NCBI GenBank assembly: GCA_017450425.1
Contig: JAFSUV010000069.1
Location: 1 to 26,965, forward strand
Source of the DNA: Kiritimatiellia bacterium
GTDB taxonomy: Bacteria > Verrucomicrobiota > Kiritimatiellia > RFP12 > UBA3636
Direction of reading: 5' to 3'
DNA length: 26,965 bases
Shown here in pieces: positions 7,394-14,922 of this stretch (position 1 is the first letter of the stretch; each line of letters starts with the position of its first letter). Below the pieces are notes generated by a model that had not been told where the DNA came from, made no database searches, and saw nothing but the letters and a program-made list of their open reading frames with translations. The position numbers and the translations under genes were made by a program.

Positions 7394-7429
7394 TGTCCTA
7401 CACGTCCTACGCGTCCTACACGTCCTGCA
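7394..7429 (-). repeat. 9-nt tandem array 4: 4 units of YGTCCTRCR, inverted relative to array 3
   Basis: tgtcctaca, cgtcctacg, cgtcctaca, cgtcctgca. Ends 12 nt before the sctU RBS. Confidence 0.9.
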
Positions 7430-7453
7430 TTGCCCCCCCTCAGGAGGCTGCCC

Positions 7454-8545
7454 ATGGCTGAGTCTTCCGGCGAAAAGACCGAGATGCCGACCCCGAAGAA
7501 GCTGCGCGACGCGCGGCAGAAGGGGCAGGTGTGCACCAGCAAGGACATAGTCTCGACAGCAATCCTGATCGTCCTCTTCGCGCTTCTTGGCTGGATGGGC
7601 GTCGCGCTTGTCGATGACGGGGCCATGCTCCTCGACTACATCGGGGACAGGATGCGCGGCGATCCGTTCGACGCGACGCGTCCCGCCGCCGGCCTGACCG
7701 TCATGATCGTCTGCAAGTACTCGTTCATTTTCGTGCTGATTGCCGCCGTCATCGGGATCGCCGCCAATGTGGCGCAGATCGGGTTCCTCTTCACTTTCGA
7801 TCCGATCATCCCGAAGCTGGAGAAGCTCAATCCGGTGGAGGGTGCGAAAAAGATATTTTGCATGAAGAACCTCTTCGAGTTCTTCAAAAACGTCGTCAAG
7901 GTTTCGTTCCTCGGCTATCTAATCTACAAAATCATCTGGGCGAGCGTGCCGGAACTTCTCACGATGTGCTACGGCACGATCGACGACGTGTTCCCGAGTC
8001 TCAAGCTCATGCTGAAACGACTGGCGGTTTACACCGCCTTCGGCTACATCGTCATCGCCATCGTCGATCGCCTCTTCCAGGGGCGGAACTTCACCAAGCA
8101 GATGATGATGACGAAGGACGAGGTGAAGCGCGAATACAAGGAGATGGAAGGTTCGGGCGAGGTCAAACAGGCACAGCGCCAGTTCCGCGACGAAATCCTC
8201 AACGGCCCGGATCCGGCGAAGGCGGCGAAAAAGGCCAGCGTGGTCGTGACGAATCCGACGCGCCTTGCGGTCGGCATCCGCTACGACGCGGAGGAGGCGC
8301 CGCTGCCGCGCATTTGCGCCATGGGCGCGGGCAAGGTCGCCAAAATCATCCGCGAGACCGCGCTCGCCGAAGGCATCCCCGTCATGGAAGACCGCCCGCT
8401 CGCCCGCGCCCTCTACGCCAACGGGCGGCTCGAAGACTTCGTGCCGGAAGATTTTCTCGAACCCGTTTCCGAAGTTTTGAAATGGGCCAAGCGGCTCGAA
8501 GACGCCAGAAGGGAAGAGGAGGAACTCGACAATGTGCAGCTGTAG
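7454..8545 (+). CDS. sctU: T3SS export switch protein SctU (YscU/FlhB family), 363 aa
   Basis: SGEKTEMPTPKKLRDARQKGQV, MMMTKDEVKREYKEMEG and VVVTNPTRLAVGIRY motifs. AGGAGG RBS at 7442-7447 precedes ATG 7454. Confidence 0.97.
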   Translation: MAESSGEKTEMPTPKKLRDARQKGQVCTSKDIVSTAILIVLFALLGWMGVALVDDGAMLLDYIGDRMRGDPFDATRPAAGLTVMIVCKYSFIFVLIAAVIGIAANVAQIGFLFTFDPIIPKLEKLNPVEGAKKIFCMKNLFEFFKNVVKVSFLGYLIYKIIWASVPELLTMCYGTIDDVFPSLKLMLKRLAVYTAFGYIVIAIVDRLFQGRNFTKQMMMTKDEVKREYKEMEGSGEVKQAQRQFRDEILNGPDPAKAAKKASVVVTNPTRLAVGIRYDAEEAPLPRICAMGAGKVAKIIRETALAEGIPVMEDRPLARALYANGRLEDFVPEDFLEPVSEVLKWAKRLEDARREEEELDNVQL

Positions 8546-8584
8546 TCGCAAACGCCGAAACGCAGCGGCAAAAGGGAATCGAAA

Positions 8585-9097
8585 ATGACAGTGGAAGACC
8601 ATTACACGGCCATTGCGCCGAAACTCACGAACTGGCTCGTCGCCACCGGCTCTTCGTACGCCGAGGCCTGCGACTTCGTGCAGGAGGCGTTCGTCCGCAT
8701 CTGGAAGATGCGCGACGACTTGCGCGACAGCGATGCCGCCGTGCGCGGGCTGGCCTACACCATCGCGCGCAACCTGCGCAAAAATTCCTGGCGGGACAAC
8801 AGCCGGTTCGTCCCGGTTGACGAACTTCCGGAATCCGCCGTCACGGTCGAAGCGCCGGAAACCCTTCCATCCGAGGAAGCGGAAGAGAGCGCCCGGCTGC
8901 GGGGCATCCTCGCAAACGCCTTTGCGAAACTACCGCCCGCGCTGCGCGAAGCGTACACCCTCTTCCAGATCGGCGAGCGTTCGATTCGCGAAATCGCGGC
9001 CGAAACCGGGGTGAGCGAAAACCTCGTGAAGGTCCGCATTTTCCGCGCCAAGGAGAAATTGCGCGCGATCCTGACGGACATGGGCGTAACCTTCTGA
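8585..9097 (+). CDS. ECF-type RNA polymerase sigma-70 factor, 170 aa
   Basis: Region 2 (ACDFVQEAFVRIW, TIARN) and region 4 HTH (LPPALREAYTL...SIREIAAETGVSENLVKVRIFRAKEKLR). No regions 1 or 3. Confidence 0.92.
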   Translation: MTVEDHYTAIAPKLTNWLVATGSSYAEACDFVQEAFVRIWKMRDDLRDSDAAVRGLAYTIARNLRKNSWRDNSRFVPVDELPESAVTVEAPETLPSEEAEESARLRGILANAFAKLPPALREAYTLFQIGERSIREIAAETGVSENLVKVRIFRAKEKLRAILTDMGVTF

Positions 9098-9130
9098 CTC
9101 ATTGCGTGTAAACCTGACGGAGATCAAACC

Positions 9131-9418
9131 ATGGAAATCAACTTCAATGCAAACGCCGGCGCACGCTTCGGAGGCGGGATTGAAACGGCGGAAGCCGCAG
9201 CGGGCGCGAAACCCGGCCCTTCGACCGCGGCGCATCCGGCCGGCGGCATGTCCAACGTGACCATTACGCACGGCATCGCTTCGCCGGAAGACGTCGCAGC
9301 GGCGGAAATCCCCGAGGCGGAATTTTCGCGGACTGACGCGCTTGGCAAACTCGTCGGTTCCGCCTTCGCGCTTCCGCCGCCGCCAATGCCCGCGTTCGAC
9401 GCCGCCGGCGCTTCCTGA
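9131..9418 (+). CDS. Small Ala/Gly/Pro-rich hypothetical protein, 95 aa
   Basis: ATG preceded by GGAG, GC3-rich codons, ends just before a terminator. No transmembrane segment or recognisable family. Confidence 0.7.
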   Translation: MEINFNANAGARFGGGIETAEAAAGAKPGPSTAAHPAGGMSNVTITHGIASPEDVAAAEIPEAEFSRTDALGKLVGSAFALPPPPMPAFDAAGAS

Positions 9419-9464
9419 ACGCGCCCTTCCGGCGCCCGCCGCCTCCTTTTGCCGGCGGAAAACG

Positions 9465-9508
9465 AAAAAAAACGACACCGCCTTCGAGGGCGGTGTCGTT
9501 TTGGTTTT
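9465..9508. terminator. Bidirectional intrinsic terminator
   Basis: 14-bp stem AAAACGACACCGCC (9469-9482) / GGCGGTGTCGTTTT (9489-9502) with a 6-nt loop. A-run on the left and T-rich tract on the right, between convergent genes. Confidence 0.9.
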
Positions 9509-9525
9509 CCAAAGACCGTGACGCG

Positions 9526-10068
9526 CTACTCGCCCTTGTAGAAGGCGAACTCGGCGCGGCGGTTCTGCGACCACGCGCTTTCGTCGCTGCCGAACACCGC
9601 AGGGCGCTCCTCGCCGTAGCTGACGGTCTGGATGCGCTGGCCGGAGACGCCTTCCGCCGCAAGCGCGTCGCGCACCGATCCCGCGCGGTATTCGCCAAGC
9701 GACATGTTGTACTCGTTGGTGCCGCGCTCGTCGCAGTTGCCCTCCACCACGAGCACCACGCCGGGATTGTCGCGCATGAAGTTTGCGACGACCGCGATCT
9801 TCGCGCGTTCGCCGGCCGGGATCGACGAGTCGTTGTAGGCGAAATACACGGGATACACGCCCGCGGGGGTGTCCACGCGCGGAAGATCCTGGAAGTTGCC
9901 GCCCGGAAGGGCGCTCGCGCCGATGGCGCCGTCGCCGTCGATCCATCCGCCGGCGCTCAAGTCGGAATCAAGGTCGCCTTCGCCACCGGCGGGCGGCTTG
10001 GTGCGGCAGCCGGCGGTCATGGCGACGGCAGCCGCGACGAGGAAAAAGGAAGCGTATTTGCTTTTCAT
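9526..10068 (-). CDS. pal: Peptidoglycan-associated lipoprotein Pal (OmpA-like domain)
   Basis: Lipoprotein signal ending MTAG-C; VYFAYNDS, VEGNCDERGTNEYNMSLGEYRA and SQNRRAEF motifs; downstream of tolB. Confidence 0.93.
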   Translation of the reverse strand: MKSKYASFFLVAAAVAMTAGCRTKPPAGGEGDLDSDLSAGGWIDGDGAIGASALPGGNFQDLPRVDTPAGVYPVYFAYNDSSIPAGERAKIAVVANFMRDNPGVVLVVEGNCDERGTNEYNMSLGEYRAGSVRDALAAEGVSGQRIQTVSYGEERPAVFGSDESAWSQNRRAEFAFYKGE

Positions 10069-10131
10069 TTTCGGTTTTGTTTTTTTTGTGGGGTTGTTTT
10101 TTTCTCGTGAAATGGCCGTTCGGCCGCCAGG

Positions 10132-11391
10132 CTACGGCCTGAGATTGTCCGACCAGCTGGGCAGATACCAGTCGCCGGAAAGATCGAAAAGTTTGCGCGG
10201 GGGATCGCCCTTGACGTCCAGCACCACGAGCGAGCGGCGGTGGCCCTGGGTGCGGGTGCACACGACATGCCGCCCGTCGGGCGCCCACGACGGATCTTCG
10301 TAATCCGCGCCGTCGCTTGGACTGATCTTGACCGGCGAAGCGGTCCTTGCGTCGCGGGACGGATCCGTCACGAACACTCCGTAGCGCCCGCCCGAGCGCC
10401 CGCAGAAGACAATGTCGCCCGTGACGCCCCATTCCGGCGCCACGTTTTCGCGGATCGACGACGAGTACACCAGCCGGCGCGGCGTCTTGGACGCGACGGA
10501 CATCGTGTAGATTCGCGGCAGTCCGCCAGCGTCGCTCACATAGACGATCGAGTGGCCGTCCGGCGACCACGAAGGGGACGATTCGCTCGCGTCGCGACTC
10601 GAAGTGAGGCGGTCGAGCAGCCGCCCCGACGCGCCATCGACCAGGTAGAGATCAACCTGCCCGGAGCGCGACAGCACCACCGCCACGCGCCCGTCGGCCG
10701 GCGAAGCTGTCGCACCGAGGTTCATCCCGGGATAGGCGCACAGTTTGCGCTGCTTGTTGCGCACAAGGTCGATGCGCCACACTGCGGGAAGGCCGGAAGC
10801 CCACGTCGTGTAGAGAAACGAGTGCGTGCGCGGCTCCCAGTTCGGCGACAGGCACAGGTGCCCGCCGTTCGTGATCTGGCGTACGCGGCGGCCGTCCGCA
10901 TCGCATTCGTAAATGTCGGTCGCAGCCCCCCGCTTGCCGACAAACACGATTTTCGAACTCGCCATCGAGCGCTCGCCCGTGACGCTCTGCACGATCGCGT
11001 CGGCGGCCTCGTGGGCTGCGTCGCGCACGGCATCGCCCGAAGAGGCGCGCGACCAGTCGCGCTGGCGCAGCCCTCCAGCCCAGAGAGTCCTCATGGAGGC
11101 GCTCGCGCCGCCGCCGAAACCGCCGGTCACGGTGCCGGAGAGCTGCACGGAGGCGTTTTCGGCATCGACCGGGATGAACCATCCGGAGAGGGCCAGGTCG
11201 TTGCGGAGCGTCGCCACGAAATCGCGGGCGCCGGGCGAATCGTCGGAGCGCAGACGCGAAAAGGACACGGTCTGCTTGTCGCCGGACGCCTTGCCGGTGA
11301 TGCGGATGTCGGCGGCGCGGGCGAAGCCCTGGAGCGCCAGAAGCGCACCCAGCGAAAGCAACGCGGCAAACTTGCGAATCGGAAAACCCAT
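10132..11391 (-). CDS. tolB: Tol-Pal beta-propeller protein TolB
   Basis: Signal peptide, N-terminal domain, then repeated PD40-type motifs (SPNW, ASPADG, SPSWSPDG, APEW, DPSWAPDG, LPSW); adjacent to pal. Confidence 0.88.
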   Translation of the reverse strand: MGFPIRKFAALLSLGALLALQGFARAADIRITGKASGDKQTVSFSRLRSDDSPGARDFVATLRNDLALSGWFIPVDAENASVQLSGTVTGGFGGGASASMRTLWAGGLRQRDWSRASSGDAVRDAAHEAADAIVQSVTGERSMASSKIVFVGKRGAATDIYECDADGRRVRQITNGGHLCLSPNWEPRTHSFLYTTWASGLPAVWRIDLVRNKQRKLCAYPGMNLGATASPADGRVAVVLSRSGQVDLYLVDGASGRLLDRLTSSRDASESSPSWSPDGHSIVYVSDAGGLPRIYTMSVASKTPRRLVYSSSIRENVAPEWGVTGDIVFCGRSGGRYGVFVTDPSRDARTASPVKISPSDGADYEDPSWAPDGRHVVCTRTQGHRRSLVVLDVKGDPPRKLFDLSGDWYLPSWSDNLRP

Positions 11392-11403
11392 GGCGGCGGA
11401 AGC

Positions 11404-13191
11404 CTACTTGAACTTGCGGATCAACTCCTTGAGCGTCTTGCCCGGCGGGATCATCGGCGTAATGTCCGCCTCCGGCTCGACGATGAACTCCAGCACCCAC
11501 GGCCTGGGGTCGGCAAACGCCTCGCGGAGCGCGCCTTCGACCGCTGCGGGATCGCTTACGCGGCGCGCCTTCGCGCCGTGCGCCTCCGCGAGTTTCACGA
11601 AGTCCGGCAGGTACTCCGGGAGCGCGGGGTCGCGCTCGATGCGCTCCTGCGGCATGCGCCCGGACTGCGACAGGTTCGTCATCGAGCGTACGCCGCGGTA
11701 CATCATGTCCTGCCACTGGCGCACGTTGCCGAGCCAGGTGTTGTTGAGGATCACCACCTTCACCGGCAACTTGTGCTCGACGGCCACGACCAGCTCCTGG
11801 GCGTTCATCTGCACCCCGCCGTCGCCCGTCACGCACACGACGAGGGCGTCCGGACGCCCGATCTGGGCGCCGATCGCCGCAGGGAGACCGAACCCCATCG
11901 TGCCGAGGCCGCCGGAAGAGAGGAAGTTGCGCGGCTTGTCGTGCGTGATGAACTGGCAGCTCCACATCTGGTTCTGCCCCACGTCGGTGGAGATCACCGC
12001 GTCCGGGCCGGCGATGGAATCGATGGCGGAAATCACGGCCTGGGGCATGATGACGCCTTCGTGCATCTGCTCGAACGAAAACGGATCTTCGCTCTTCCAC
12101 TTCATGCACCGGGAAATCCACGGTTCGTGCGATGCGGGGCGCACAAGCGGCAGCAGGGCCTCGAAGACGCTCTTCGCGTCGCCCACCACCGGCAGGTCGC
12201 ACCGCACGCTCTTGCCGATCGACGAGGGGTCGATGTCGATGTGCGCGATGCGGGCGTTTGGCGCGAATTCGCTCACCTTGCCCGTCACCCGGTCGTCGAA
12301 CCTGGAGCCGACGGAAATCAGCAGGTCGCAGGCGGCGAGCGCCTTGTTGGCCGCGATGAGGCCGTGCATGCCGACCATGCGCAGGGAGAGCGGATCGCTC
12401 TCCGGGAAGGCGCCGAGCCCCATGAGCGTGGTCGCCACCGGGATGGAGGCCTTGTGGGCGATGCCGGAAAGCGCCTCGACGGCGCCTGCCGAAATGACGC
12501 CGCCGCCGGCGTAGATGAGCGGCTGGGAGCTGGAGTTGACGAGCTGCGCGAGCCGCGAAAGCATCTTGGGATGGCCTTCCACCTGGGGCTTGTAGCCGAC
12601 GCGGTCGCACTCCTGAGGAAACGGCACCGCGGTTTTGGAAATCTGCACGTCCTTCGGCAGATCGACGAGCACCGGACCCGGCTTGCCCGTGGTCGCGATG
12701 TGGAACGCCTCCACCATGATGCGCGGCAGGTCGTTCACGTCGCGCACGAAAAAGTTGTGCTTCGTTATCGGGCGCGTTATGCCGCACGTGTCCGCCTCCT
12801 GGAAGGCGTCGTTGCCGACGGCCTTCGTGGAAACCTGGCCCGTCACGGCGACCATCGGCACGCCGTCCATGTTGGCCGTGGCGAGACCCGTCACGATGTT
12901 CGTCGCGCCGGGGCCGCTCGTCACGATGCACACGCCGGGCCTGCCCGTGGCGCGGGCGTAGCCGTCCGCCATGTGCGAGCCGCCCTGCTCGTGGCGGGGG
13001 AGGATGAGGTGGAGCTTGTCGGATTTCGCCAGCTCGTCGAACACGTCGAGAATGGCTCCGCCGGGATACGCGAAAACCGTATCGACGCCAAGGCGCTCCA
13101 GCGCTTCGACGACAATCCTCGCGCCCGTCCGCTGGGGCGACTGCGCGGCGGCTTCCTGCCCGCCGACGATTTGATTCTGACCGGTGCTCAT
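11404..13191 (-). CDS. ilvB: Acetolactate synthase large (catalytic) subunit, 595 aa
   Basis: AYPGGAI, LPRHEQG, SGPGATN, DAFQEAD and TDVGQNQMW motifs, plus ThDP motif GDGGVQM...NN. ATG 13191 preferred over TTG 13215 given the promoter position. Confidence 0.96.
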   Translation of the reverse strand: MSTGQNQIVGGQEAAAQSPQRTGARIVVEALERLGVDTVFAYPGGAILDVFDELAKSDKLHLILPRHEQGGSHMADGYARATGRPGVCIVTSGPGATNIVTGLATANMDGVPMVAVTGQVSTKAVGNDAFQEADTCGITRPITKHNFFVRDVNDLPRIMVEAFHIATTGKPGPVLVDLPKDVQISKTAVPFPQECDRVGYKPQVEGHPKMLSRLAQLVNSSSQPLIYAGGGVISAGAVEALSGIAHKASIPVATTLMGLGAFPESDPLSLRMVGMHGLIAANKALAACDLLISVGSRFDDRVTGKVSEFAPNARIAHIDIDPSSIGKSVRCDLPVVGDAKSVFEALLPLVRPASHEPWISRCMKWKSEDPFSFEQMHEGVIMPQAVISAIDSIAGPDAVISTDVGQNQMWSCQFITHDKPRNFLSSGGLGTMGFGLPAAIGAQIGRPDALVVCVTGDGGVQMNAQELVVAVEHKLPVKVVILNNTWLGNVRQWQDMMYRGVRSMTNLSQSGRMPQERIERDPALPEYLPDFVKLAEAHGAKARRVSDPAAVEGALREAFADPRPWVLEFIVEPEADITPMIPPGKTLKELIRKFK

Positions 13192-13224
13192 CGGTGAAAA
13201 TTCCGTGCGTTGCAAAACGCGGTG

Positions 13225-13253
13225 ATTTTAGCGGTTTTTCCGCTTCCAGTCAA
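13225..13253 (-). promoter_or_regulatory. Sigma-70 promoter for ilvB-tolB-pal
   Basis: TTGACT (13253-13248), 17-nt spacer, TAAAAT (13230-13225) on the minus strand. Confidence 0.75.
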
Positions 13254-13273
13254 ACAACCGCGGCCGCAAGGGC

Positions 13274-13294
13274 GCGCGGATTTCAAATCTGCGC
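13274..13294. promoter_or_regulatory. 21-bp near-perfect palindrome, candidate operator
   Basis: GCGCGGATTT-C-AAATCTGCGC, one mismatch, between divergent genes. Confidence 0.4.
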
Positions 13295-13332
13295 GGAATC
13301 GGCGGCGTTCCCCGATTTTTTCGCCCGAAACA

Positions 13333-13341
13333 TGGTACAAT
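13333..13341 (+). promoter_or_regulatory. Candidate extended -10 promoter element for the DUF1846 operon
   Basis: TG-G-TACAAT, 9 nt upstream of ATG 13351. No clear -35. Confidence 0.45.
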
Positions 13342-13350
13342 CGCCGTCCC

Positions 13351-14922
13351 ATGAAAGAAAACGACTCTTCTCGCTCTTCCGGCATGGGTCCAGGCGGCGC
13401 ACCCGCGGCGGTGCGGGCTTTCGACAACGACCTTTACGTTTCGCTCCAATCGGCGGCGATCCTCGAGCGCGCGAAGCGCTTCGGCAACAAACTCTATCTG
13501 GAAATCGGCGGCAAACTCCTTCAGGATCTGCACGCCGCCCGCATTCTGCCGGGCTTCGAGCCGGACGTGAAGCTGCGGATGCTGCAGAGCCTCGGCGACA
13601 AAATCGAGTTCATCGTGTGCGCATACGCCGGGGACATCGAGCACCGCCGCTTCAGGGCCGATTTCGGCACGACCTACGACGCCGAGGTGCTGCGGCTCGT
13701 CGATGACGTGCGCGCCCGCGGTCTCGCGGTCAAATCGGTGGTGCTCACGCGGTTCGATCCGTCGATGACCGTGGCGGCGGCGTTCGCCGAGCGCCTCCGC
13801 GCCTCCGGCATGGCGGTTTACCTCCATTCCGCGATACCCGGCTATCCGGCGAACGTGGATTCGATCCTTTCCGAAGAGGGGTTCGGCCGCAACGCCTTCG
13901 TCGAAACGTCGGCTCCGGTCGTCGGCGTGATCGCGCCCGGCCCTTCGAGCGGGAAACTCGCGACCGCGCTCTCGCAGGTGTGGCACGAAAACAGGCGCGG
14001 CGTCGGCGCCGGGTACGCGAAGTACGAGACGTTTCCGGTGTGGAACCTGCCGCTCTCGCATCCGGTCAATGTCGCGTACGAGGCGGCGACGGCCGACATC
14101 GAGGACTTCAACCAGATCGACCCGTTCCATCTCGACGCCTACGGCGAAAAGGCCGTCAACTACAACCGCGACGTCGCGGCGTTCCCGATCCTGCGCACGC
14201 TCCTCGAGCGTCTTCTGCCGGCCGATCAGGTTTACAAGTCCCCCACGGACATGGGCGTGAACAAGGTCGGCTTCGCGATCGCGGACGACGAAGCCGTGCG
14301 CCGCGCTTCGCAGCAGGAGATAATCCGGCGCCACCTCAAGGGCGAGGTCGATTTCGTCTCCGACCGCGCGACGAAGCAGACTGTCGGGCGCCTCCGCGCG
14401 ATCATGGCGGCATCGGGGCTCAAGGACGAGGACCGCGCGGTCGTGCTTCCGAGCCGCGAAGCCGCCGAAGAAGGCGAAAAAGCGGGCAAGGGCGTGGGCG
14501 GGATGTGCTGCGCGTCGGCCCTCGAACTGCCGGACGGCGCCATCGTGACGGGCAAAAACTCCGTCCTTCTGAGGTCGGCGGCGGCGGCGATTCTCAACGG
14601 CGTCAAGAAGCTCGCGGGCATCCCGGACGCGCTCGAACTTCTTCCCAAGAGCGTGGTGCGCTCCGTGACGGAAATGAAGGCCGGCCTTCTCGGGCACAAG
14701 AACTCGAACCTCAACGTCGAAGAGCTCCTCATCGCCCTCGCCATATCGGCCGGCACCAACAGCGCGGCGGCGCTCGCGCTGGAGAAACTGCCCGCACTGC
14801 GCAACTGCGAAATGCACATGACGCACATCTCGTCGCCGTCCGACGCCGCCGGTCTGCGCAGGCTCGGAATCCGCGTCACTTGCGACCCGAAGTTTCCGAC
14901 GAAAGGACTCTCGAAGCAATGA
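13351..14922 (+). CDS. DUF1846 (UPF0371) family protein
   Basis: AFDNDLYVSLQS...RFGNKLYLEIGGKL, LPGFEPDVK, APGPSSGKLAT, YAKYETFPVWNLPL, VNYNRDV and YKSPTDMGVN match the family as recalled. Confidence 0.9.
   Translation: MKENDSSRSSGMGPGGAPAAVRAFDNDLYVSLQSAAILERAKRFGNKLYLEIGGKLLQDLHAARILPGFEPDVKLRMLQSLGDKIEFIVCAYAGDIEHRRFRADFGTTYDAEVLRLVDDVRARGLAVKSVVLTRFDPSMTVAAAFAERLRASGMAVYLHSAIPGYPANVDSILSEEGFGRNAFVETSAPVVGVIAPGPSSGKLATALSQVWHENRRGVGAGYAKYETFPVWNLPLSHPVNVAYEAATADIEDFNQIDPFHLDAYGEKAVNYNRDVAAFPILRTLLERLLPADQVYKSPTDMGVNKVGFAIADDEAVRRASQQEIIRRHLKGEVDFVSDRATKQTVGRLRAIMAASGLKDEDRAVVLPSREAAEEGEKAGKGVGGMCCASALELPDGAIVTGKNSVLLRSAAAAILNGVKKLAGIPDALELLPKSVVRSVTEMKAGLLGHKNSNLNVEELLIALAISAGTNSAAALALEKLPALRNCEMHMTHISSPSDAAGLRRLGIRVTCDPKFPTKGLSKQ

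Noticed and set aside
6153-7429. CRISPR array
   Set aside because: The units are contiguous 9-mers with no unique spacers, and no cas genes are present.
2-8545. Flagellar export operon
   Set aside because: There is no fliL/M/N/O between the ruler and sctR, SctR lacks the FliP signal peptide, and the gene order is that of yscN-U.
10069-10103. T-rich tract between tolB and pal as a terminator or repeat
   Set aside because: There is no adjacent stem. On the coding strand it is an A-rich 5' leader of pal, most simply a translation-initiation region.
10240-13197. 985-aa plus-strand ORF and other long ORFs antisense to or overlapping real genes (for example 13228-14970, 20669-22450, 1195-2760)
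   Set aside because: Shadow frames expected at high GC. They are Arg/Ala/Gly-rich, have no motifs, and lie over clearly identified genes.
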